Source: Raillietiella orientalis (taxonomy: Eukaryota). From it: DNA of 43,522 bases. This document shows positions 23,707 to 36,766 of this stretch, piece after piece; the stretch's first letter is position 1, and each line of letters starts with the position of its first letter. The notes below the pieces were generated by a model, which did not search any database, was not told the origin of the DNA, and saw nothing but the letters and a program-made list of their open reading frames with translations. Position numbers and translations under genes: made by a program. The stretch spans positions 124,001 through 167,522 of the forward strand of contig JAYWIR010000110.1 of the NCBI GenBank assembly GCA_036172245.1, written 5' to 3'.

Positions 23707-25096
23707 TTATGTGGTCCGAATTTGCAACTTTTGGGGGTTTGGAATCGATTCGAAATCAGCAGATTTCACCTTTGCACTTTTTCGTTTTTCCACGGAGGTT
23801 CCGTTTTCAGATACAGGAAAATTCCCTTGAGGGATATACGTACAAACGTACATTTTCGTAGGTTGAGAAGGACATTAAGATGAGTCCGACGTTTCATTAG
23901 GGTGGGGCACTGTGGACTCTGTGTCGTTTTCATGGTAACCAGTGTCGGAATTAGAAAGAAGGGGCTTTCCTTTTCTTTGATTCATTATGTGGTCCGAATT
24001 TGCAACTTTTAAGGGTTTGGGATCGATTCGAAGTCAGTAGATTTCACCTTTGCACTTTTGCGTTTTTCCACGGTTGATCCGCTTCCAGTGTCGGGAAAAT
24101 TTCCGTGATGGATATACGCGCAAACGACCATTTTCGTTGGTTCAGAAGGACATTGAGATGAGTCCTACGTTTCATTAGGGTTGGGCACTGTGGACTCTGT
24201 GTCGTTTTCATGGTAACCAGTGTCGGAATTAGAAAGAAGGGGCTTTCCTTTTCTTTGATTCAATATGTGGTCCGAATTTGCAACTTTTGTGGGTTTGGAA
24301 TCGATTCGAAATTAGCAGATTTCACCTTTGCACATTTGCGTTTCTTTACGAACCATACGTTTTTACTGACCGCAAAATTCCTGTGATGGATAGAAGCAAA
24401 AACGTGCATTTTCGAGGGTTGTGAAGAACATTGAGATGAGTCCGACGTTTCATTAGTGTGGGGCACTGTGGAATCTGTGTCGTTTTCATGGTAACCAGTG
24501 TCGGAATTCGAAAGAAAAGGTTTTCCTTCTCTTCGATTCGTTATGTGTTCCGAATTTGCAACTTTTGTGTGTTTGGAATCGATTCTAAAACAGCAGATTT
24601 CACCTTTGCACTTTTGGGTTTTTCCACGGAGGATCCGTTTTCAGCGACCAGAAAATTCCCGTGATGGATATACGCACAATCGTCCATTTCCGTTGCTTCA
24701 GAAGGACATTGACATGAGTCCGACGTTTCATTAGGGTTGGTCACTGCGGACTCTGTGTCTTTTTGATGGTAACCAGTGTCGCAATTAGAAAGAAGAGGTT
24801 TTCCTTCTCTTTAATTCATTATGTGGTCCGAATTTGCAACTTTTGGGGGTTTGGAATTGATTCGAAATCAGCAGATTTCACCTTTGCACTTTTGCGCCTC
24901 TCCACGAAGCATACGTTTTCAGTGACCGCAAAATTCCTGTGATGAATAGAAGCATAAACGTCCATTTTCGTGGGTTCAGAAGGACATTGAGTTGAGTCCG
25001 ACGCTTCATTAGGGTTAAGCACTGTGGAATCTGTGTCGTTTTCATGGTAACCAGTGTCGAAATTAGAAAGAAGAGGTTTTCCTTCTCTTTGATTCA
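22317..25096. repeat. Tandem duplication of a 5-mer (1390 bp x2)
   Basis: 22317-23706 matches 23707-25096 (ORF pairs 22870/24260, 23108/24498, 23429/24819). The only difference I noticed is t22692 vs c24082. Confidence 0.9.
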
Positions 25097-28000
25097 TTAT
25101 GTGGTCCGAATTTGCAACTTTTAGGGGTTTGGAATCGATTCGAAATCAGCAGATTTCACCTTTGCAATTTTGCGTTTTTCAACGGAGGATCCGTTTTCAG
25201 CGACCAGAAAATTCCTGTGATGTTTACACGCACAATCGTCCATTTCCGTTGCTTGAGAAGGACATTGAGATGAGTCCGACGCTTCATTAGGGTGGAGCAC
25301 TGTGGACTCTGTGTCGTTTTCATGATAACCAGTGTCGGAATTAGAAAGAAGAGGTTTTCCTTCTCTTTGATTCATTATGTGGTCCGAATTTGCAACTTTT
25401 GGGGGTTTGGAATCGATTCGAAATCAGCAGATTTCACCTTTGCACTTTTGCGTTTTTCCACGGAGTATCCCTTTTCAGTGACCGGAAAATTCCCGTGATG
25501 AATAGAAGCATAAACGTCCATTTTCGTGTGTTCAGAAGGACATTGAGTTGAGTCCGACGCTTCATTAGGGTGGAGCACTGTGGACTCTGTGTCGTTTTCA
25601 TGATAACCAGTGTCGGAATTAGCAAGAAGAGGTTTTCCTTCTCTTTGATTCATTATGTGGTCCGAATTTGCAACTTTTGGGGGTTTGGAATCGATTCGAA
25701 ATCAGCAGATTTCACCTTTGCACTTTTTCGTTTTTCCACGGAGGTTCCGTTTTCAGATACAGGAAAATTCCCTTGATGGATATACGTACAAACGTACATT
25801 TTCGTGGGTTGAGAAGGACATTAAGATGAGTCCGACGTTTCATTAGGGTGGGGCACTGTGGACTCTGTGTCGTTTTCATGGTAACCAGTGTCGGAATTAG
25901 AAAGAAGGGGCTTTCCTTTTCTTTGATTCATTATGTGGTCCGAATTTGCAACTTTTAAGGGTTTGGGATCAATTCGAAGTCAGTAGATTTCACCTTTGCA
26001 CTTTTGCGTTTTTCCACGGATGATCCGTTTCCAGTGTCGGGAAAATTTCCGTGATGGATATACGCGCAAACGACCATTTTCGTTGGTTCAGAAGGACATT
26101 GAGATGAGTCCTACGTTTCATTAGGGTTGGGCACTGTGGACTCTGTGTCGTTTTCATGGTAACCAGTGTCGGAATTAGAAAGAAGGGGCTTTTCTTTTCT
26201 TTGATTCAATATGTGGTCCGAATTTGCAACTTTTGTGGGTTTGGAATCAATTCCAAACTAGCAGATTTCATCTTTGCACATTTGCGTTTCTTTACGAAGC
26301 ATACGTTTTTACTGACCGCAAAATTCCTGTGATGGATAGAAGCAAAAACGTCCATTTTCGTGGGTTCAGATGGACAGTGAGATGAGCCCGACGTTTCATT
26401 AGGGTGGGGCACTGTAGACTCTTTGTCGTTTTCAAGGTAACCAGTGTCGGAATTAGAAAGGAGAGGTTTTCCTTCCCTTTGATTTACTATGTGGTCCGAA
26501 TTTGCAACTTTTCGGGGTTTGGAATCGATTCGAAATCTGCGGATTTCACCTTTGCACTTTTGCGTTTTTCCACGGAGGATCCGTTTCCAGTGTCGTGAAA
26601 ATTCCCGTGATGAATATACGCGCAAACGTGCATTTTCGAGGGTTCAGAAGGACATTGAGATGAGTCCGACGTTTCATTAGGGTGGGGCACTGTGGACTCT
26701 TTGTCGTTTTCAAGGTAACTAGTGTCGGAATTAAAAAGGAGAGGGTTTTCCTTCCCTTTGATTTATTATGTGGTCCGAATTTGCAACTTTTTTGGGTTTG
26801 GAATCAATTCGAAATCAGCAGATTTCACCTTTGCACTTTTGCGTTTTTGCACGGAGCATCCGTTTTCACTGACCGCAAAATTCGTGTGATGGATATACGC
26901 ACAATCGTCCATTCTCGTTGGTTCAGAAGGACATTGAGATGAGTCCGACGTTTCATTAGTGTGGGGTACTGTGGACTCTGTGTCGTTTTCATGATAACCA
27001 GTGTCGGAATGAGAAAGAAGAGGTTTTCCTTCTCTTTGATTCATTATGTGGTCCGAATTTGCAACTTTTGGGGGTTTGGAATCGATTCGAAATCAGCATA
27101 TTTCACCTTTGCACTTTTTCGTTTTTCCACGGAGGTTCCGTTTTCAGATACAGGAAAATTCCCTTGATGGATATACGTACAAACGTACATTTTCGTAGGT
27201 TGAGAAGGACATTAAGATGAGTCCGACGTTTCATTAGGGTGGGGCACTGTGGACTCTGTGTCGTTTTCATGGTAACCAGTGTCGGAATTAGAAAGAAGGG
27301 GCTTTCCTTTTCTTTGATTCATTATGTGGTCCGAATTTGCAACTTTTAAGGGTTTGGTATCGATTCGAAGTCAGTAGATTTCACCTTTGCACTTTTGCGT
27401 TTTTCCACGGTTGATCCGTTTCCAGTGTCGGGAAAATTTCCGTGATGGATATACGCGCAAACGACCATTTTCGTTGGTTCAGAAGGACATTGAGATGAGT
27501 CCTACGTTTCATTAGGGTTGGGCACTGTGGACTCTGTGTCGTTTTCATGGTAACCAGTGTCGGAATTAGAAAGAAGGGGCTTTCCTTTTCTTTGATTCAA
27601 TATGTGGTCCGAATTTGCAACTTTTGTGGGTTTGGAATTGATTCGAAATCAGCAGATTTCACCTTTGCACTTTTGCGCCTCTCCAAGAAGCATACGTTTT
27701 CAGTGACCGCAAAATTCCTGTGATGAATAGAAGCATAAACGTCCATTTTCGTGGGTTCAGAAGGACATTGAGTTGAGTCCGACGCTTCATTAGGGTGGAG
27801 CACTGTGGACTCTGTGTCGTTTTCATGATAACCAGTGTCGGAATTAGCAAGAAGAGGTTTTCCTTCTCTTTGATTCATTATGTGGTCCGAATTTGCAACT
27901 TTTGGGGGTTTGGAATCGATTCGAAATCAGCAGATTTCACCTTTGCACTTTTTCGTTTTTCCACGGAGGTTCCGTTTTCAGATACAGGAAAATTCCCTTG

Positions 28001-31000
28001 ATGGATATACGTACAAACGTACATTTTCGTGGGTTGAGAAGGACATTAAGATGAGTCCGACGTTTCATTAGGGTGGGGCACTGTGGACTCTGTGTCGTTT
28101 TCATGGTAACCAGTGTCGGAATTAGAAAGAAGGGGCTTTCCTTTTCTTTGATTCATTATGTGGTCCGAATTTGCAACTTTTAAGGGTTTGGGATCGATTC
28201 GAAGTCAGTAGATTTCACCTTTGCACTTTTGCGTTTTTCCACGGATGATCCGTTTCCAGTGTCGGGAAAATTTCCGTGATGGATATACGCGCAAACGACC
28301 ATTTTCGTTGGTTCAGAAGGACATTGAGATGAGTCCTACGTTTCATTAGGGTTGGGCACTGTGGACTCTGTGTCGTTTTCATGGTAACCAGTGTCGGAAT
28401 TAGAAAGAAGGGGCTTTTCTTTTCTTTGATTCAATATGTGGTCCGAATTTGCAACTTTTGTGGGTTTGGAATCAATTCCAAACTAGCAGATTTCACCTTT
28501 GCACATTTGCGTTTCTTTACGAAGCATACGTTTTTACTGACCGCAAAATTCCTGTGATCGATAGAAGCAAAAACGTCCATTTTCGTGGGTTCAGAAGGAC
28601 AGTGAGATGAGCCCGACGTTTCATTAGGGTGGGGCACTGTAGACTCTTTGTCGTTTTCAAGGTAACCAGTGTCGGAATTAGAAAGGAGAGGTTTTCCTTC
28701 CCTTTGATTTACTATGTGGTCCGAATTTGCAACTTTTCGGGGTTTGGAATCGATTCGAAATCTGCGGATTTCACCTTTGCACTTTTGCGTTTTTCCACGG
28801 AGGATCCGTTCCCAGTGTCGGGAAAATTCCCGTGATGAATATACGCACAATCGTCCATTTCCGTTGCTTCAGAAGGACATTGACATGAGTCCGACGTTTC
28901 ATTAGGGTTGGTCACTGCGGACTCTGTGTCTTTTTGATGGTAACCAGTGTCGCAATTAGAAAGAAGAGGTTTTCCTTCTCTTTAATTCATTATGTGGTCC
29001 GAATTTGCAACTTTTGGGGGTTTGGAATTGATTCGAAATCAGCAGATTTCACCTTTGCACTTTTGCGCCTCTCCACGAAGCATACGTTTTCAGTGACCGC
29101 AAAATTCCTGTGATGAATAGAAGCATAAACGTCCATTTTCGTGGGTTCAGAAGGACATTGAGTTGAGTCCGACGCTTCATTAGGGTTAAGCACTGTGGAA
29201 TCTGTGTCGTTTTCATGGTAACCAGTGTCGAAATTAGAAAGAAGAGGTTTTCCTTCTCTTTGATTCATTATGTGGTCCGAATTTGCAACTTTTAGGGGTT
29301 TGGAATCGATTCGAAATCAGCAGATTTCACCTTTGCAATTTTGCGTTTTTCAACGGAGGATCCGTTTTCAGCGACCAGAAAATTCCTGTGATGTTTACAC
29401 GCACAATCGTCCATTTCCGTTGCTTGAGAAGGACATTGAGATGAGTCCGACGCTTCATTAGGGTGGAGCACTGTGGACTCTGTGTCGTTTTCATGATAAC
29501 CAGTGTCGGAATTAGAAAGAAGAGGTTTTCCTTCTCTTTGATTCATTATGTGGTCCGAATTTGCAACTTTTGGGGGTTTGGAATCGATTCGAAATCAGCA
29601 GATTTCACCTTTGCACTTTTGCGTTTTTCCACGGAGTATCCCTTTTCAGTGACCGGAAAATTCCCGTGATGGATATACGCACAAACGTACATTTTCGTTG
29701 GTTGTGAAGAACATTGAGATGAGTCCGACGTTTCATTAGTGTGGGCCACTTTGGACTCTGTGTCGTCTTCATGGTAACCAGTGTCGGAATTAACAAGAAG
29801 AGGTTTAACTTCTCTTTGATTCATTCTGTGGTACGAGATTGCAACTTTTGGGGGTTTGGAATCGATTCGAAATCAGCAGATTTCACCTTTGCACTTTTGC
29901 GCCTCTTCACGAAGCATACGTTTTCAGTGACCGCAAAATTCCTGTGATGAATAGAAGCATAAACGTCCATTTTCGTGTGTTCAGAAGGACATTGAGTTGA
30001 GTCCGACGCTTCATTAGGGTGGAGCACTGTGGACTCTGTGTCGTTTTCATGATAACCAGTGTCGGAATTAGCAAGAAGAGGTTTTCCTTCTCTTTGATTC
30101 ATTATGTGGTCCGAATTTGCAACTTTTGGGGGTTTGGAATCGATTCGAAATCAGCAGATTTCACCTTTGCACTTTTTCGTTTTTCCACGGAGGTTCCGTT
30201 TTCAGATACAGGAAAATTCCCTTGATGGATATACGTACAAACGTACATTTTCGTGGGTTGAGAAGGACATTAAGATGAGTCCGACGTTTCATTAGGGTGG
30301 GGCACTGTGGACTCTGTGTCGTTTTCATGGTAACCAGTGTCGGAATTAGAAAGAAGGGGCTTTCCTTTTCTTTGATTCATTATGTGGTCCGAATTTGCAA
30401 CTTTTAAGGGTTTGGGATCGATTCGAAGTCAGTAGATTTCACCTTTGCACTTTTGCGTTTTTCCACGGATGATCCGTTTCCAGTGTCGGGAAAATTTCCG
30501 TGATGGATATACGCGCAAACGACCATTTTCGTTGGTTCAGAAGGACATTGAGATGAGTCCTACGTTTCATTAGGGTTGGGCACTGTGGACTCTGTGTCGT
30601 TTTCATGGTAACCAGTGTCGGAATTAGAAAGAAGGGGCTTTTCTTTTCTTTGATTCAATATGTGGTCCGAATTTGCAACTTTTGTGGGTTTGGAATCAAT
30701 TCCAAACTAGCAGATTTCATCTTTGCACATTTGCGTTTCTTTACGAAGCATACGTTTTTACTGACCGCAAAATTCCTGTGATGGATAGAAGCAAAAACGT
30801 CCATTTTCGTGGGTTCAGATGGACAGTGAGATGAGCCCGACGTTTCATTAGGGTGGGGCACTGTAGACTCTTTGTCGTTTTCAAGGTAACCAGTGTCGGA
30901 ATTAGAAAGGAGAGGTTTTCCTTCCCTTTGATTTACTATGTGGTCCGAATTTGCAACTTTTCGGGGTTTGGAATCGATTCGAAATCTGCGGATTTCACCT

Positions 31001-32048
31001 TTGCACTTTTGCGTTTTTCCACGGAGGATCCGTTTCCAGTGTCGGGAAAATTCCCGTGATGAATATACGCGCAAACGTGCATTTTCGAGGGTTCAGAAGG
31101 ACATTGAGATGAGTCCGACGTTTCATTAGGGTGGGGCACTGTGGACTCTTTGTCGTTTTCAAGGTAACTAGTGTCGGAATTAAAAAGGAGAGGGTTTTCC
31201 TTCCCTTTGATTTATTATGTGGTCCGAATTTGCAACTTTTGTGGGTTTGGAATCGATTCGAAATTAGCAGATTTCACCTTCGCACATTTGCGTTTCTTTA
31301 CGAACCATACGTTTTTACTGACCGCAAAATTCCTGTGATGGATAGAAGCAAAAACGTGCATTTTCGAGGGTTGTGAAGAACATTGAGATGAGTCCGACGT
31401 TTCATTAGTGTGGGGCACTGTGGAATCTGTGTCGTTTTCATGGTAACCAGTGTCGGAATTCGAAAGAAAAGGTTTTCCTTCTCTTCGATTCGTTATGTGT
31501 TCCGAGTTTGCAACTTTTGTGTGTTTGGAATCGATTCTAAATCAGCAGATTTCACCTTTGCACTTTTGGGTTTTTCCACGGAGGATCCGTTTTCAGCGAC
31601 CAGAAAATTCCCGTGATGGATATACGCACAATCGTCCATTTCCGTTGCTTCAGAAGGACATTGACATGAGTCCGACGTTTCATTAGGGTTGGTCACTGCG
31701 GACTCTGTGTCTTTTTGATGGTAACCAGTGTCGCAATTAGAAAGAAGAGGTTTTCCTTCTCTTTAATTCATTATGTGGTCCGAATTTGCAACTTTTGGGG
31801 GTTTGGAATTGATTCGAAATCAGCAGATTTCACCTTTGCACTTTTGCGCCTCTCCACGAAGCATACGTTTTCAGTGACCGCAAAATTCCTGTGATGAATA
31901 GAAGCATAAACGTCCATTTTCGTGGGTTCAGAAGGACATTGAGTTGAGTCCGACGCTTCATTAGGGTTAAGCACTGTGGACTCTGTGTCGTCTTCATGGT
32001 AACCAGTGTCGGAATTAAAAAGAAGAGGTTTTCCCTCTCTTTAATTCA

Positions 32049-35000
32049 TTATGTGGTCCAAATTTGCAACTTTTGGGGGTTTGGAATCAATTCGAAATCA
32101 GCAGATTTCACCTTTGCACTTTTGCGCCTCTTCACGAAGCATACGTTTTCAGTGAACGCAAAATTCCTGTGATGAATAGAAGCACAAACGTCCATTTTCG
32201 TGGGTTCAGAAGGACATTGAGATGAGTCCGACGATTCATTAGGATGGGGCACTGTGGACTCTGGGTCGTTTTCATGATAACCAGTGCCGGAATTAGAAAG
32301 AAGAGGTTTTCCTTCTCTTTGATTGATTATGTGGTCGGAATTTGACACTTTTTTGGGTTTGGAATCGATTCCAAATCAGCGGATTTCACCTTTGCACTTT
32401 TGCGTTTTTCCACGGAGGATCCGTTTTCAGTGACCGGAAAGTTTCCGTGATGGATATACGCACAAACGTACCTTTTCTTGGGTTGTGAAGAACACTGAGA
32501 TGAGTCCGACGTTTCATTAGTGTGGGGCACTGTGGAATCTCTGTCGTTTTCATGGTAACCAGTGTCGGAATTAGAAAGTAAAGGTTTTCCTTCTCTTCGA
32601 TTCGTTATGTGTTGCGAATTTGCAACTTTTGGGGCTTCGGAATCGATTCTAAATCAGCAGATTTCAGCTTTGCAATTTTGCGTTTTTCCACGGAGCATCC
32701 GTTTTCAGCGACCAGAGAATTCCCGTGATGTTTACACGCACAATCGTCCATTTCCGTTGCTTCAGAAGGACATTGAGATGAATCCGACGTTTCATTAGGG
32801 TTGGGCACTGCGGACTCTGTGTCATTTTGATGGTAACCAGTGTCGGAATTAGAAAGAAAAGGTTTTCCCTCTCTTTAATTCATTATGTGGTCCGAATTTG
32901 CAACTTTTGGGGGTTGGAATCGATTCTAAGTCATCAGATTTCACCTTTGCACTTTTGCGTTTTTCCACGGAGGATCCCTTTTCAGTGACCGGAAAATTCC
33001 CGTGATGGATATACGCACAAACGTATATTTTCGTTGGTTGTGAAGAACATTGAGATGAGTCCGACGTTTCATTAGTGTGGGCCACTGTGGACTCTGTGTC
33101 GTTTTCATGGTAACCAGTGTCGGAATTAGAAAGAAGAGGTTTTCCTTCTCTTTGATTCATTATGTGGTACGAGATTGCAACTTTTGGGGGTTTGGAATCG
33201 ATTCGAAATCAGCAGATTTCACCTTTGCACTTTTGCGTTTTTCCGCGGATGATCCGTTTCCAGTGTCGGGAAAATTTCCGTGATGGATATACGCGCAAAC
33301 ATCCATTTTCGTGGGTTCAGAAGGACATTGAGATGAGTCCTACGTTTCATTACGGTTGGGCACTGTGGACTCTGTGTCGTTTTCATGGTAACCAGTGTCG
33401 GAATTAACAAGAAGAGGTTTAACTTCTCTTTGATTCATTCTGTGGTACGAGAGTGCAACTTTTGAGGGTTTGGAATCGATTCGAAATCAGCAGATTTCAC
33501 CTCTGCACTTTTCGCCTCTTCACGGAGCATCCGTTTTCAGTGACCGCAAAATTCCTGTGATGGATATACGCACAAACGTGCATTTTCGTGGGTTCAGAAG
33601 GACATTGAGATGAGTCCGACCTTTCATTAGGGTAATGCACTGTGCATTCTGTGTAGTTTTCATGGTAACCAGTGTCGGAATTAGAAAGAAAAGGTTTTCC
33701 TTCTTTTTGATTCATTATGTGGTCCGAGTTTGCAAATTTTGGGGGTTTGTAATCGATTCGAAATCAGCAGATTTGACCTCTGCACTTTTCGCCTCTTCAC
33801 GGAGCATCTGTTTTCAGTGACCGCAAAATTCCTGTGATGGATATACGCACAAACGTGCATTTTCGTGGGTTCAGAAGGACATTGATATGAGTCCGACGTT
33901 TCATTAGGATGGGGCACTGTGGACTCTGGGTCGTTTTCATGATAACCAGTGCCGGAATTAGAACGAAGAAGTTTTCCTTCTCTTTGATTGATTATGTGGT
34001 CCGAATTTGACACTTTTTTGGGTTTGGAATCGATTCGAAATCAGCGGATTTCACCTTTGCACTTTTGCCTTTTTCCACGGAGGATCCCTTTTCAGTGACC
34101 GGAAAATTCCCGTGATGGATATACGCACAAACGTACATTTTCGTTGGTTGTGAAGAACATTGAGATGACTCCGACGTTTCATTAGTGTTGGCCACTGTGG
34201 AATCTGTGTCGTTTTCATGGTAACCAGTGTCGGAATTAGAAAGAAGAGGTTTTCCTTCTCTTTGATCCATTATGTGGTCCGAATGTGCAACTTTTAAGGG
34301 TTTGGGATCAATTCGAATTCAGTAGATTTCACCTTTGCACTTTTGCGTTTTTCCGCGGATGATCCGTTTCCAGTGTCGGGAAAATTTCCGTGATGGATAT
34401 ACGCGCAAACATCCATTTTCGTGGGTTCAGAAGGACATTGAGATGAGTCCTACGTTTCATTACGGTTGGGCACTGTGGACTCTGTGTCGTTTTCATGGTA
34501 ACCAGTGTCGGAATTAACAAGAAGAGGTTTAACTTCTCTTTGATTCATTCTGTGGTACGAGAGTGCAACTTTTGAGGGTTTGGAATCGATTCGAAATCAG
34601 CAGATTTCACCTCTGCACTTTTCGCCTCTTCACGGAGCATCCGTTTTCAGTGACCGCAAAATTCCTGTGATGGATATACGCACAAACGTGCATTTTCGTG
34701 GGTTCAGAAGGACATTGAGATGAGTCCGACCTTTCATTAGGGTAATGCACTGTGCATTCTGTGTAGTTTTCATGGTAACCAGTGTCGGAATTAGAAAGAA
34801 AAGGTTTTCCTTCTTTTTGATTCATTATGTGGTCCGAGTTTGCAAATTTTGGGGGTTTGTAATCGATTCGAAATCAGCAGATTTGACCTCTGCACTTTTC
34901 GCCTCTTCACGGAGCATCTGTTTTCAGTGACCGCAAAATTCCTGTGATGGATATACGCACAAACGTGCATTTTCGTGGGTTCAGAAGGACATTGATATGA

Positions 35001-36766
35001 GTCCGACGTTTCATTAGGATGGGGCACTGTGGACTCTGGGTCGTTTTCATGATAACCAGTGCCGGAATTAGAAAGAAGAGGTTTTCCTTCTCTTTGATTG
35101 ATTATGTGGTCCGAATTTGACACTTTTTTGGGTTTGGAATCGATTCGAAATCAGCGGATTTCACCTTTGCACTTTTGGGTTTTCCACGGAGGATCCGTTT
35201 TCAGTGACCGGAAACTTTCCGTGATGGATATACGCAGAAACGTACCTTTTCGTGGGTTCTGAAGAACATTGAGATGAGTCCGACGTTTCATTAGTGTGGG
35301 GCACTGTGGAATCTGTGTCGTTTTCATGGTAACCAGTGTCGCAATTAGAAAGAAAAGGTTTTCCTTCTCTTCGATTCGTTATGTGTTCCGAATTTGCAAC
35401 TTTTGGGGGTTCGGAATCGATTGTAAATCAGCAGATTTCAGCTTTGCAATTTTGCGTTTTTCCACGGAGGATCCCTTTTCAGTGACCGGAAAATTCCCGT
35501 GATGGATATACGCACAAACGTACATTTTCGTTGGTTGTGAAGAACATTGATATGAGTCCGACGTTTCATTAGTGTAGGGCACTGTGGAATCTGTGTCATT
35601 TTGATGGTAACCAGTGTGGAAATTGGAAAGAAGAGGTTTTCCCTCTCTTTAATTCATTATGTGGTCCGAATTTGCAACTTTTGGGGGTTTGGAATCGATT
35701 CTAAATCAGCAGATTTCACCTTTGTACTTTTGCGTTTTTCCACGGAGGATCCGTTTTCAGCGACCAGAAAATTCCCGTGATGTTTACACGCACAATCGTC
35801 CATTTCCGTTGCTTCAGAAGGACATTGAGATGAGTCCGACGTTTCATTAGGGTTGGGCACTGCGGACTCTGTGTCATTTTGATGGTAACCAGTGTCGGAA
35901 TTAGAAAGAAAAGGTTTTCCCTCTCTTTAATTCATTATGTGGTCCGAATTTGCAACTTTTGGGGGTTTGGAATTGTTTCGAAATAGCAGATTTCACCTTT
36001 GCACTTTTGCGCCTCATCACGAAGCATACGTTTTCAGTGACCGCAAAATTCCTGTGATGAATAGAAGCATAAACGTCCATTTTCGTGGGTTCAGAAGGAC
36101 ATTGAGTTGAGTCCGACGCTTCATTAGGGTTAAGCACTGTGGACTCTGTGTCGTCTTCATGGTAACCAGTGTCGGAATTAAAAAGAAGAGGTTTAACTTC
36201 TCTTTGATTCATTCTGTGGTACGAGATTGCAACTTTTGGGGGTTTGGAATCAATTCAAAATCAGCAGATTTCACCTCTGCACTTTTCGCTACTTCACGGA
36301 GCATCCGTTTTCAGTGACCGCAAAATTCCTGTGATGGATATACGCACAAACGTGCATTTTCTTGTGTTCAGAAGGACATTGCGATGAGTCCGACCTTTCA
36401 TTAGGGTTATGCACTGTGGATTCTGTGTCGTTTTCATGGTAACCAGTGTCGGAATTGAAAAGAAGAGGTTTAACTTCTCTTTGATTCATTCTGTGGTACG
36501 AGATTGCTACTTTTGGGGGTTTGGAATCGATTCGAAATCAGCAGATTTCACCTTTGCACTTTTGCGCCTCTTCACGAAGCATACGTTTTCAGTGACCGCA
36601 AAATTCCTGTGATGGATAGAAGCACAAACGACCATTTTCTTTGGTTCAGAAGGACATTGAGATGAGTCCTACGTTTCATTAGGGTTAAGCACTGTGGTCT
36701 CTGTGTCGTCTTTATGGTAACCAGTGTCGGAATTAGAAAGAAGAGGTTTTCCTTCTCTTTGATTCA
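32049..36766. repeat. Diverged transition zone of the satellite, mostly unique monomer variants
   Basis: Many private substitutions (gtccaaattt, ggtcggaatttgaca, tacggttggg, ggtaatgcactgtgcattc, cagtgccgg) and a higher density of 277-bp monomers (32883, 33438, 33715, 34548, 34825, 35102, 35935, 36212). Confidence 0.8.
33160..35379. repeat. Tandem duplication of a 4-mer (1110-bp period)
   Basis: About 33210-34070 matches about 34320-35180. ORF pairs 33219/34329, 33497/34607, 33635/34745 and 33681/34791 are all at offset 1110. Confidence 0.88.

Larger units (their letters stand above)
1..32048. repeat. Domain A: multi-subtype HOR satellite domain (~20 distinguishable monomer variants)
   Basis: Monomers carry recurring diagnostic SNP sets in repeated orders. 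Examples: T = cagatacagg/gacattaag; U = tttaagggtttgggatc/gaagtcagtag; Q' = ttccaaactagc/ggacagtgagatgagccc; R = actagt/aaaaaggagagggtt (279 bp); A = gtgttccg/catttccgttgctt. Confidence 0.9.
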
